Shown here: in pieces, positions 27,590 to 36,454 of the stretch
How the letters are laid out: each line of letters opens with the position of its first letter
How positions within the stretch are numbered: position 1 is the stretch's first letter
Origin: Chloroflexota bacterium
GTDB taxonomy: Bacteria; Chloroflexota; Dehalococcoidia; Lucifugimonadales; UBA3495
NCBI GenBank assembly: GCA_009837355.1
Contig: VXTR01000056.1
Span: 589 to 64,588 of the forward strand
DNA: 64,000 nt
Reading direction: 5' to 3'
Notes under the pieces: generated by a model
Told to the model about the DNA's origin: nothing
Databases searched by the model: none
Seen by the model: only the letters and a program-made list of their open reading frames with translations
Program-made: the position numbers and the translations under genes

Positions 27590-29293
27590 ATGACCACCGC
27601 AGCCCGAGTCTATTATCGCAAGTGGCGCCCCGGCACGTTCAGCGACCTGGCCGGCCAGGAGCACGTCGGCAACACCCTCCGCCAGGCCGTGATGCAGGGC
27701 CGGGTCAGCCACAGCTACCTGTTCTGCGGCGGGCGGGGCAGCGGCAAGACCACCACTGCCCGCGTCCTGGCCAAGGCGGTCAATTGCCTCGACCCCCAGC
27801 AGGGCGACCCCTGCGACCGGTGCGCCATCTGCGTATCCATCAACGAGGGCCGCAACCTGGACATCATCGAGCTGGACGCAGCCAGCAACCGGGGCGTGGA
27901 GGAAATCCGCGAAATCCGCGACAAGGTTCACTTCCAGCCCGCCCAGAACCGCCGCAAGGTCTATATCATCGACGAAGCCCATATGCTCACCCGCGAGGCT
28001 TCCAACGCCTTCCTCAAGACCCTGGAAGAGCCTCCCGACCACGTCATCTTCATCCTCTGCACCACCGAAGCCGACCGCATCCTGCCCACCATCCTCTCGC
28101 GCTGCCAGCGCTACGACTTCCGCCGCCTGCCCGGCCAGACCATCTACGACCGCCTGGCCTACATCACCGACCAGGAAGCCATCGCAATCCACCCCGACGC
28201 TATGCGCATGATTGCCCGCAACGCCGGCGGCTCCATGCGGGACGCTCTCAACATCCTGGAACAGCTGGCCGTATCCACAAACGGCGAAATCACCCTGCGG
28301 GACGTTGAGGAATCCCTGGGCCTGGTTCGCAGCGACGCCTACCTGGCCCTGTCGCAAAAGCTCCTGGCCGGCGACACTGCCGGCGCGCTGGAAACCATCA
28401 ACCAAGTCGTTTGGGAGGGCGGCGAACCTCGTCAGTTGCATCGCCAGACCCTCGACCTGCTCCGCTCGATGCTGCTGCTGTCCTGGGACGCAGGCCAAAC
28501 CCTTGACCTGACCGACGACACCCAGGCCGGCCTGGCCGCCATCATCCGGCAAACCGACTCTCAACACATCCTGCGCGCCGTTCGCATCTGGGGCGAGGCC
28601 GCCGCCGGCCTGCGGTATGATGCTCCCGCCGCGCTCCCCCTGGAAATCGCCGCCGCCGAAATCTGCCGGCCCGCGCCACTGCCCAATGACGTCCCAGCCG
28701 AAGCGCCCGCCGCTCCGCCAACGTCGGCGCCAGCGCCCAACCGGCCACCCGCAAATGGCGGACGCCAGCCGGCTCAACAGAGACCGGCTCCACCCCCCCA
28801 ACCGGCCGGAGGACGCCCGCGCCAGGATAACCCCGGGCCGCCGCCTCGTCAGCCGGCGCCTTCCCCATCGCCGTCCGACAGCCAGCCGGCCCCGTCCCGC
28901 ACTCCCTCCGCCGCGCCCGACAGCTTGCAAGGACACTGGGAGCAAGCCGTCCGTCAATTGGGCCTGGTCAAGGGCAGCAAGTACAACCTAGGCGCACTGC
29001 TCCGTGATTGCCGCTCCGGCAACGTCCACCTTTCCGCCGACGACAGCACGCTGGTGCTGCCGTTCAGCAACGCCGCCAATCTCGACCGGATGCAGGAGGA
29101 ACTGAACGACCCCCGCGTTCGTGATACTATTGAGCAGGCTATCGAAGAGTCTTTTGGCTCTCGACACCCCTTCCAGGTTACGCTGGCCGGCGCCAACGGA
29201 GACGGCGCGCCGCCGGCCCGCAATCCGGTCCAGGACAGCCCCCTGGTTCGCACGGCCATGGGCCTGGGCGCGCGCATTCTGGACGAACAATAG
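27590..29293 (+). CDS. dnaX: DNA polymerase III subunit gamma/tau
   Basis: ..YRKWRP..F.DL.GQEHV..., GGRGSGKTT Walker A, IIDEAHML, a Cys4 zinc module, and a Pro/Ala-rich tau linker. Confidence 0.92.
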   Translation: MTTAARVYYRKWRPGTFSDLAGQEHVGNTLRQAVMQGRVSHSYLFCGGRGSGKTTTARVLAKAVNCLDPQQGDPCDRCAICVSINEGRNLDIIELDAASNRGVEEIREIRDKVHFQPAQNRRKVYIIDEAHMLTREASNAFLKTLEEPPDHVIFILCTTEADRILPTILSRCQRYDFRRLPGQTIYDRLAYITDQEAIAIHPDAMRMIARNAGGSMRDALNILEQLAVSTNGEITLRDVEESLGLVRSDAYLALSQKLLAGDTAGALETINQVVWEGGEPRQLHRQTLDLLRSMLLLSWDAGQTLDLTDDTQAGLAAIIRQTDSQHILRAVRIWGEAAAGLRYDAPAALPLEIAAAEICRPAPLPNDVPAEAPAAPPTSAPAPNRPPANGGRQPAQQRPAPPPQPAGGRPRQDNPGPPPRQPAPSPSPSDSQPAPSRTPSAAPDSLQGHWEQAVRQLGLVKGSKYNLGALLRDCRSGNVHLSADDSTLVLPFSNAANLDRMQEELNDPRVRDTIEQAIEESFGSRHPFQVTLAGANGDGAPPARNPVQDSPLVRTAMGLGARILDEQ

Positions 29294-29310
29294 GAGGCAC
29301 CGACACCGTT

Positions 29311-29613
29311 ATGATGAACAAGCGCATGATGCGCCAGGCCCAGCAGCTGCAAAACCGCCTGGCCAAAGCCCAGGAAGAGCTGGAATCCATGTCTGTGGAA
29401 GGCTCTGCCGGCGGGGGCGTAGTCCGTATCACTATGACCGGCAAACAGGAAATTACCGCCGTGGTTATTGAACCCGAGGCCGCCGAAGACATCGACCTGC
29501 TGCAGGACCTGGTGGCCGCCGCCGTGAACGACGCCTTCGCCCGCACCCAGCAGTTGGCAGCCGAAAAGATGGGGGCCGTAACCGGCGGCATGAACATCCC
29601 CGGCCTGATCTGA
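29311..29613 (+). CDS. ybaB: YbaB/EbfC nucleoid-associated protein
   Basis: 100 aa with ..MMRQAQQLQNRLAKAQEEL..V.G.AGGG.V....G, in the canonical position between dnaX and recR. Confidence 0.9.
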   Translation: MMNKRMMRQAQQLQNRLAKAQEELESMSVEGSAGGGVVRITMTGKQEITAVVIEPEAAEDIDLLQDLVAAAVNDAFARTQQLAAEKMGAVTGGMNIPGLI

Positions 29614-29618
29614 CGCGT

Positions 29619-30242
29619 ATGGCCACCGACTCTTCGCCGGGCACCACTCGCTCGCTGAGCCAGCTCATCGAGGAGCTGCACCGGCTGCCCGGCATTGGCC
29701 CCAAGAGCGCCCAGCGCATCGCCTATCACATCGCCCACGTGCCGGCGGAAGCGGCGCGCGAACTGGCCGACGCCATCATCGCCGTCAAGGACAGCATCCT
29801 CTTCTGTGAGGAGTGTCGCAATCTCACCGATGCCTCACCCTGCGCCCTTTGCGCCAACCCTCAGCGCAACCGCGACCAGATTTGCGTCGTCGAGGAGTCC
29901 CGCGACCTGGTCGCTCTGGAACGAACCCGGGTCTATCGCGGCCTCTATCACGTTCTGCACGGCGCGTTGTCGCCCCTCAACGGCATCGGCCCTGAGGACA
30001 TTCATCTGCCCCAGTTGTTCAGTCGCCTGCAAAACCGGAACCAACCCTTGCAGGAACTCATCGTCGCCACCAACCCGACGCTGGAGGGCGACGCCACTGC
30101 GGATTTCATCTACCGCCGGCTGGCCGACAGCGGAATCCCCATCACGCGCCTGGCCCTGGGCCTGCCCGTGGGCGGCTCGCTGGAATTCGCCGACGAAACC
30201 ACCCTCAGCCGCGCCCTGGCCGGACGCAACCCTCTGGAGTAA
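29619..30242 (+). CDS. recR: recombination protein RecR
   Basis: ..LPGIGPKSAQRIAYH.., a CxxC..CxxC zinc finger, and a Toprim domain. Confidence 0.92.
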   Translation: MATDSSPGTTRSLSQLIEELHRLPGIGPKSAQRIAYHIAHVPAEAARELADAIIAVKDSILFCEECRNLTDASPCALCANPQRNRDQICVVEESRDLVALERTRVYRGLYHVLHGALSPLNGIGPEDIHLPQLFSRLQNRNQPLQELIVATNPTLEGDATADFIYRRLADSGIPITRLALGLPVGGSLEFADETTLSRALAGRNPLE

Positions 30243-30246
30243 TCCA

Positions 30247-30275
30247 CCTCGCTCACCCTGAGCTGGTCGAAGGAT
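30247..30275 (+). repeat. 3'-of-stop repeat motif, copy 1 (cctcGCTCACCCTGAGCTGGTCGAAGGAT)
   Basis: It begins 5 nt after the recR TAA. The 25-nt core is 22/25 identical to 53179..53203. It contains the mini-hairpin GCTC-accct-GAGC. Confidence 0.7.
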
Positions 30276-30448
30276 GCGGCCATTAACATAAACCGACATT
30301 CCAAACCCTGCCCACTCTGTCGCGTTTGCTGGTATCATTGACCTATGCCGACGGCTTTCCCATTTTCCATCGTCGTGGGCATTCGGAATCAGACTGTATA
30401 GCGCGCCGGCGACCATTTCCTCGGCGTCCCGGCGCTTGGAGGGTCGCA

Positions 30449-30811
30449 ATGCCAAGCAAGGGCAAACGGGTAGCGTCGCGCCAGGGCAACCTCCGACGCC
30501 GCCGCAACAGCGTCAATCGCAGCAACGCGTCGGCCGGCTCCCAACCAATCGACGACGCCAATCCCTCGCCAACTTTGACGGCAGCCGGCTCCGCTGCGGC
30601 AACTGCCACGGCCACCGCTACGGCGCCGGCCGCTGCAGCCCCGGCCGGCGCCGGCGTCTCCCAGGCAACCGGGCGGCCCCAGGCGCAGCCCCGCGGACGC
30701 CGATTCGACCGCCCAGCCGCCTACAATCACGTCGGCTCCGAATTGGTACGCATCAGCATTTTCGCCGGCGTGCTGCTGGTGGCGCTGGTAGCCATCTCCT
30801 TCTTGATTTAA
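30449..30811 (+). CDS. hypothetical small basic protein with C-terminal TM anchor
   Basis: GGAGGG lies 5 nt before ATG 30449. The protein has an Arg/Lys-rich N-terminus, an Ala/Thr low-complexity tract (AAATATATATAPAAAAPAGAG) and the C-terminal hydrophobic segment ISIFAGVLLVALVAISFLI. Confidence 0.5.
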   Translation: MPSKGKRVASRQGNLRRRRNSVNRSNASAGSQPIDDANPSPTLTAAGSAAATATATATAPAAAAPAGAGVSQATGRPQAQPRGRRFDRPAAYNHVGSELVRISIFAGVLLVALVAISFLI

Positions 30812-30815
30812 ACCT

Positions 30816-30837
30816 CCTCTCCCAGACACGGGAGAGG
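30816..30837. repeat. hairpin CCTCTCCC-agacac-GGGAGAGG followed by (GGGGC)n-like run
   Basis: Read directly from the sequence, between the stop at 30811 and the uvrC start. It is the same arm type as the hairpin at 51804..51826. Confidence 0.65.
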
Positions 30838-30861
30838 GGCGGGGCGGGGCGTCAGCATCCC

Positions 30862-32733
30862 ATGGTTCGGCAAGAATTCAACCATCGCCTCCTGGTAACG
30901 CCGGAGCGTCCGGGCGTTTATCTGATGAAAAACGCCAAGGGCGCAGTCATCTACGTTGGCAAGGCCGCGGTGCTGCGCAACCGTCTTCGTTCCTACTTCG
31001 GCTCGCCCGCCGGCCTGGAACGCAAAACCCGCCGCATGGTCAGCGAGCTGGCCGACTTCGAGTACATCGTAACCGATACCGAAGCCGAAGCCCTCATCCT
31101 GGAAAACATTCTCATCAAGCGCCATCGGCCCTACTTCAACGTCCGCCTCAAGGACGACAAAACCTACCCTTACCTGAAGGTTGACCTGGCCGAGGAGTTT
31201 CCCCGGGTGTACATCACCCGCGGCGTTCACACCGACGGCGCCCGCTACTTCGGCCCCTTCGCCAGCGCCGGCAGCGTCCGCCAGTCCATGGACCTGGTGA
31301 AGAAGCTGTTCCCCTATCGCTCGTGCACCAAGCGCATCACCGGAACCGACCCGCGTCCCTGCCTAGAATACTACATCCACCGCTGCGTCGGACCCTGCGC
31401 CGGCCTGGCCACCAGCGAGGAGTACGACGAGGTCGTCAAGCAGGTCATCCTTTTCCTGGAAGGCAACACCGAAACCGTTACCGGCCAGCTCCGGGAAAAG
31501 ATGGACCGGGCGGCGGAGGACATGGAGTTCGAGCGCGCCGCCGTCCTGCGGGACCAGATGGCGGCCATCCAGAAGTTCGAGGAGGAACGCACTGTCAAGG
31601 TGGACTCCGGGCGCAAGATGGATTTGGACGCCATCGCCGTGTCCGTGGCCGACCCCGATTCCCGCATCCGAGAAGCCTGGGTGGAGATTTTCTTCATCCG
31701 CCGGGGCAAGCTGATTGGCCGGGACCACTTCTTCATGGAAGGCCCGGAGGACGACGAGCCCGGCGCCATCATCGCCCAGTTCGTCCAGCAGTTCTACGCC
31801 ACCGCCCTGGAAATCCCGCCAACCATCCTCATTCAGCACGACCCGCCGGAGGAGGACGGCCAACTGCTGCAGGACTTTCTCCGCACTCGTCGCGGCGGCG
31901 CCGTCCGACTCTACCGGCCCCAGCGCGGTGAAAACCGCCAGCTGCTGCAGGTCGTCGCCGCCAACGCCGCCGAGGGGTTGGCCCAACACCGGGTCAAGTG
32001 GCTCAACCGCTCCGACATCATCCAGAGCGCTCTCACGGAGCTTGAGGAAGAGCTCAGCCTGCCCGCCGCTCCCATCCGCATGGAGTGTTACGACATCTCC
32101 CACATCCAGGGCAGCAACCTTGTCGGCAGCATGGTCGTGTTCGACGACGGCAAACCGCTCACTCGCGACTACCGTCGTTTCAAAATCAAGGCCGTGGACG
32201 GCGTTGACGATTACGCCAGCATGAAAGAAATGCTCACGCGCCGTTTCAAGCGGCTCAGCCAGGCCATCAACAACCCCGACCCCGACGGCAAGGTGGACAC
32301 CTGGGGCGTAGTCCCCGACCTGGTCATCATCGACGGCGGCAAAGGGCACTTAACTGCCGCCCAGGAGGTGATGCTTCACCTGGGCCTGGAGCAGATTCCG
32401 CTCTGTTCGCTGGCCAAGGAAAACGAAGAAATCTTCGTGCCCCACACGCCCGAACCCATCGTCCTGCCCCGCGATTCCCAGGCCCTCTACCTGATGCAGC
32501 GCATCCGCGACGAAGCCCACCGCTTCGCCATCAGCTTCCACCGCAACCTCCGTTCCAAGAGCAGCCTGAAGTCGCCCATTGACATGGTTACCGGCATAGG
32601 CCCGAAGCGCAAGCGGATGCTGCTGCGACGCTTCGGTTCCCTGCAGGGCATCAAGGAAGCCACCGTTGAGGACATTGCCGCCGTCCCCGGCCTGACTCGC
32701 TCCCTCGCCGTCAGACTCAAACAAACTATCTAA
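30862..32733 (+). CDS. uvrC: excinuclease ABC subunit C
   Basis: Start MVRQEFNHRLLVTPERPGVYLMKNAKGAVIYVGKA (GIY-YIG domain), with UvrBC-interaction, endonuclease and C-terminal (HhH)2 regions. Confidence 0.92.
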   Translation: MVRQEFNHRLLVTPERPGVYLMKNAKGAVIYVGKAAVLRNRLRSYFGSPAGLERKTRRMVSELADFEYIVTDTEAEALILENILIKRHRPYFNVRLKDDKTYPYLKVDLAEEFPRVYITRGVHTDGARYFGPFASAGSVRQSMDLVKKLFPYRSCTKRITGTDPRPCLEYYIHRCVGPCAGLATSEEYDEVVKQVILFLEGNTETVTGQLREKMDRAAEDMEFERAAVLRDQMAAIQKFEEERTVKVDSGRKMDLDAIAVSVADPDSRIREAWVEIFFIRRGKLIGRDHFFMEGPEDDEPGAIIAQFVQQFYATALEIPPTILIQHDPPEEDGQLLQDFLRTRRGGAVRLYRPQRGENRQLLQVVAANAAEGLAQHRVKWLNRSDIIQSALTELEEELSLPAAPIRMECYDISHIQGSNLVGSMVVFDDGKPLTRDYRRFKIKAVDGVDDYASMKEMLTRRFKRLSQAINNPDPDGKVDTWGVVPDLVIIDGGKGHLTAAQEVMLHLGLEQIPLCSLAKENEEIFVPHTPEPIVLPRDSQALYLMQRIRDEAHRFAISFHRNLRSKSSLKSPIDMVTGIGPKRKRMLLRRFGSLQGIKEATVEDIAAVPGLTRSLAVRLKQTI

Positions 32734-32787
32734 ACCAATCAACCTTCCGCCTTGCACAACCCCTGGCGGTACATTACCATTGAGCCA

Positions 32788-33531
32788 ATGATTAAGCTCA
32801 ACATCACGTTGCCCTCCGGCGCTCAGGTGTCCCTTGAATCGGACGACAAGGATTTCGTCCGCGAGGTATTGCATTCAACGATGCCCCACCTGAATGGCGC
32901 TGCGCCTCCGCCGGCTCCTGCCCCCGCCGGCGTTCCCGCCGAGCCGGCCGCCCACTCGAACGGGTCGCCTTCCATCGGCCACGGCTCCGTCGGGGCAGAC
33001 GCACCTCAGCCGGGCAACGGCCATCATCCGCCATTGGAGCAACCCGCCGGCGAACCCGCCAGTGTGCAGCAGGCTGCCGTCGCCCCGGTGAGCGCGCCAC
33101 CGGCGCCGGCCCACCGGCTCGCCGACCCGGAGCCGGCCGCCACTGCCGTCTCTCAAACCGCGTCCACTCCCGCGCCGTCCCCCTCTGTCGCTCCCTCCAC
33201 CCCCGACGAGCACGAATACATCGCCTTTTGCCAGCGGGTGAATCCCTTGGGCGATATGCGGCGCGTGGTAGTAGCCGCCGAGGCCGCCGACCGGCACCTG
33301 ACCGTCAGGAGCGTTGACCCCGACGAACTGTCGCGCCTGTTCACCCTGGCCGGCTGGCCGATACCGCACAGCTTTGTCCAGACCTTGCGCAACGCGGCCC
33401 GTTCCAAATTCCGCTGGATGGAGCGGATTCCCGGCCAGCTGGGACACTACCGAGTTACCAACGCCGGACGTAAAATCGTGCTGGGCGAAACCGCCGTCAG
33501 CAGCGCCGGCACATCCGATTCCGAAGACTGA
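32788..33531 (+). CDS. hypothetical protein: short N-domain, long Pro/Ala-rich linker, conserved-looking C-domain
   Basis: MIKLNITLPSGAQVSLES.., then about 110 aa rich in P/A/S, then a C-terminal region of about 95 aa (EYIAFCQRVNPLGD..HYRVTNAGRKIVLGE). Start 32752 or 32788. Confidence 0.5.
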   Translation: MIKLNITLPSGAQVSLESDDKDFVREVLHSTMPHLNGAAPPPAPAPAGVPAEPAAHSNGSPSIGHGSVGADAPQPGNGHHPPLEQPAGEPASVQQAAVAPVSAPPAPAHRLADPEPAATAVSQTASTPAPSPSVAPSTPDEHEYIAFCQRVNPLGDMRRVVVAAEAADRHLTVRSVDPDELSRLFTLAGWPIPHSFVQTLRNAARSKFRWMERIPGQLGHYRVTNAGRKIVLGETAVSSAGTSDSED

Positions 33532-33544
33532 AGGAGACCTCCTA

Positions 33545-34963
33545 ATGAAGATGTATATCTGCGGCCAATGGGTTGACCGCGATGCCAAGATGCCCGTCAT
33601 CAATCCCTTTGACCAGAACCCCTTTGACACCGTGCCCCGGGGCACTGCCGACGACGTGCAGGCGGCTATCGCCAGCGCCAAGCGGGGCGCCGCCGTGATG
33701 GCCAAGCTGCCGGCCCATCGTCGCTATGCCATCCTCAAGCGCACCGCCGAGCTGATGGAAGAGCGCGCCGACGACCTGGCCGAAACCATCACCCGCGAAG
33801 AGGGCAAGGTCATCGCCGAGGGCCGCGGCGAAGTCCAGCGCGCCGTCCAGACCATTACCCTGTCCGCCGAAGAGGCCAAGCGACTCCACGGCGAAACCGT
33901 CCCTCTGGACGCCGCCCCCGGCGTGGTCAGCCAGTTCGGGTTCACCATCCGTGTGCCAGTGGGCATCGTGGCCGCCATCGCGCCGTTCAACTTCCCGCTG
34001 AACCTGGTCTGCCACAAGGTAGGCCCGGCCCTGGCCGCCGGCAACGCCGTCATCCTCAAGCCGGCCGGCGACACTCCGTTGTCCGCCCTCAAACTCACCG
34101 AGTTGCTGCTGGAAGCTGGCCTGCCCGAGGAGGCCATCCAGACCATCACCGGCTCCGGCGCGGAAATCGGCGACGCCATCACCGGCTCGCCCGACGTGCG
34201 CAAGATTACCTTCACCGGCAGCATGGAAGTGGGCGACCAGATTTGCCGCAACGCCGGCATCAAGAAGGTAACCATGGAGCTGGGCTCCAACAGCCCGCTC
34301 ATCATCATGTCCGACGCCGACATTGAGAAAGTCGCCGCTGCCACCGTCTCCAGCGGTTTCGCCAACGCCGGCCAGGTGTGCATCTCCACCCAGCGGGTCT
34401 TTGCCGCCCGCGCCATCTACGCCGACCTGCTGGACGCGCTGGTGAAGCCCACCCAGGAGTTCACCGCCGGCAACCCCTTCGACGAAGACGTGAAGATGGG
34501 CCCCATGATTCGCCAGACCGACGCCGAGCGCGTGGAGAGCTGGATTGCCGAGGCCGTGGGCCAGGGCGCTCGTGTCATCGCCGGCGGCGGGCGGGAAGGC
34601 ACCCTGCACTCCGCCACCGTGGTCGCGGACGCGCGCCCGGAGATGCTGATTTCCCGCGAGGAGCTGTTCGGCCCCGCCGTCGCCGTCAGCGCTTTTGACG
34701 ACATCGACGACGCCATCGCCAAGGCCAACGATACCCGCTTCGGCCTGTCCGCCGGTATCTTCACCCAGAACGTGGACTGGGCCATGAAATTCGCGCAGGA
34801 AGTCCACTCCGGCAACCTGCACATCAACTCGTCTCCCCAGTGGCGCGCCGACCTGATGCCCTACGGCGGCCTCAAGGACAGCGGCATGGGCAAGGAAGGC
34901 CCTGCCTACGCCATTGAGGAAATGACCGAGCTGAAGATGGTCGTTTTCCACCTGGGCGGCTAG
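33545..34963 (+). CDS. NAD(P)-dependent aldehyde dehydrogenase family protein
   Basis: AAGGAGA lies before ATG 33545. Motifs include FNFPL, KPAGDTPLSA, ELGSNSP, and GQVCISTQR with the catalytic Cys. Confidence 0.88.
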   Translation: MKMYICGQWVDRDAKMPVINPFDQNPFDTVPRGTADDVQAAIASAKRGAAVMAKLPAHRRYAILKRTAELMEERADDLAETITREEGKVIAEGRGEVQRAVQTITLSAEEAKRLHGETVPLDAAPGVVSQFGFTIRVPVGIVAAIAPFNFPLNLVCHKVGPALAAGNAVILKPAGDTPLSALKLTELLLEAGLPEEAIQTITGSGAEIGDAITGSPDVRKITFTGSMEVGDQICRNAGIKKVTMELGSNSPLIIMSDADIEKVAAATVSSGFANAGQVCISTQRVFAARAIYADLLDALVKPTQEFTAGNPFDEDVKMGPMIRQTDAERVESWIAEAVGQGARVIAGGGREGTLHSATVVADARPEMLISREELFGPAVAVSAFDDIDDAIAKANDTRFGLSAGIFTQNVDWAMKFAQEVHSGNLHINSSPQWRADLMPYGGLKDSGMGKEGPAYAIEEMTELKMVVFHLGG

Positions 34964-34983
34964 GGCCACCACGGAGCTGCAAC

Positions 34984-35796
34984 ATGACCAGCCGACCGCA
35001 CGGCATCGACGGATGGGGCTATCCCAACCAGGAATACGCGCCCGAACCCTATGTGATGACTCAGGCGCCCCGCTGCGCCCTGGTGGTTACACCCCATCCC
35101 GATGATGCCGAGGGCGGCTGTGGCGCAACCATGGCCAAGTGGATCACGGAATCGGGCACCAAGGTTGTGATCCTGATGTGCACCAACGGCAACAAGGGCA
35201 CGGGCGACCGTGCCTTCACGCCGGAGGGGCTGGCGGCCACCCGAGAGATTGAGCAGCAGAACGCGGCCAGGGTCCTGGGAGTTTCCGAAGTCGTGTTTCT
35301 GCGGTACGGCGACGGCGAGCTGGAAGACACCTACCAGTATCGCGGCGAGGTGGTGCGACAAATCCGCCGCCACAAGCCCGATGTGATATTCGGCATCGAC
35401 CCCTACCGGGTAACGTCGCACACGCACCGGGACCACCGCCACAGCGGGCAGGCCGCGCTGGACGCGGCATACTCCTACGCTTGGAGCTGGCTGGATTTCC
35501 CCGAGCAGATTGCCGCAGAGGGACTGGAGCCGCACCAGGTGGGGGAGGCGCTGCTCTGGGGTTCCGAGCGTCCCGATACCTTTGTCTCGATCAACGAGCA
35601 GCACATTCTGATGAAGGCCGCCGCCCTCAGCCAGCACGCGTCGCAGATCAGCGCGCGCACCGCATCCCAGCGCCTGGAGCGAATGACCGAGGGCTGCCGG
35701 CTTCAGGGCGAACGCTGCGGCGTACCCTACGCCGAGGGCTTCCGGCGCATCCAGTTCAACCTGGGCTCCGACGAATGGTGGCTGCTGAACCGCTAG
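34984..35796 (+). CDS. PIG-L/LmbE-family deacetylase
   Basis: VVTPHPDDAEGGCG motif and ..HRDHRHSGQA.. metal ligands. Confidence 0.8.
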   Translation: MTSRPHGIDGWGYPNQEYAPEPYVMTQAPRCALVVTPHPDDAEGGCGATMAKWITESGTKVVILMCTNGNKGTGDRAFTPEGLAATREIEQQNAARVLGVSEVVFLRYGDGELEDTYQYRGEVVRQIRRHKPDVIFGIDPYRVTSHTHRDHRHSGQAALDAAYSYAWSWLDFPEQIAAEGLEPHQVGEALLWGSERPDTFVSINEQHILMKAAALSQHASQISARTASQRLERMTEGCRLQGERCGVPYAEGFRRIQFNLGSDEWWLLNR

Positions 35797-35844
35797 CCAT
35801 CAGCCCATGCACATTGCGCATCCATTCGCGCCTGAGCGGAACGA

Positions 35845-36450
35845 TTACCCCGCAATCGCCCCAATAACCTCATCCGCCGATGCCACCCACGCCATGCGCG
35901 GGAAAATGATGTCCATGCACACGTCGTGCTCGGTTGACGTGCCCGCCGCGCAGCAATCGCGCACCACGATACAGTCGTAGTCCTTGTCCCGCGCGTCCCG
36001 CAGCGAACCTTCCACTACGCCGGTAGTCGAGTACCCGGTCAGGATCAGCGTAGTGATGCCGAACCGGCGCAGGTACACCTCGATGTCCGTCGTGTTGAAC
36101 GGGCTGGTGGTGTGCTTGATTACCACCGGGTCCTCTTGGCGCGGCGCCAGCTCCGACACTACCTCCGCATCGTGAGTGCCGGCAGTGAGGCGTGGCCCGG
36201 CGTCCGCCGCGCTGGCCGGCGCTCCAAAGGGCGGACGCGGCGCGTCCCGACGGTCGGTCCGGCGGTTCACCACCACGTAGATCACCGGCATCCCGACGGC
36301 ACGGGCCTTTTCCAGCAGCCGCACGCTGTTGGCGATGATCTCCTCGCCGGAATACGGTTGCACCGGCATCGCGCCGCCCTTGATCAGCTCGTTCTGCATA
36401 TCCTGGATCAACAGCGCCGTTTGGTTTGGGTCAATCGTAATCTCAGGCAT
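35845..36450 (-). CDS. isochorismatase-family cysteine hydrolase
   Basis: ..ALLIQDMQNE.. (catalytic Asp region), ..VIKHTTSPF.. (Lys), ..VVRDCCAAG.. (Cys). Confidence 0.8.
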   Translation of the reverse strand: MPEITIDPNQTALLIQDMQNELIKGGAMPVQPYSGEEIIANSVRLLEKARAVGMPVIYVVVNRRTDRRDAPRPPFGAPASAADAGPRLTAGTHDAEVVSELAPRQEDPVVIKHTTSPFNTTDIEVYLRRFGITTLILTGYSTTGVVEGSLRDARDKDYDCIVVRDCCAAGTSTEHDVCMDIIFPRMAWVASADEVIGAIAG

Positions 36451-36454
36451 ACCT

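Noticed and set aside
30838-30851. GGCGGGGCGGGGCG short tandem run, and other GC-rich micro-repeats, as a possible CRISPR array or G-quadruplex array.
   Set aside because: There are only 2-3 units of 5 nt, with no spacer-repeat architecture and no cas genes. There are not enough G-tracts for a confident G4 call.
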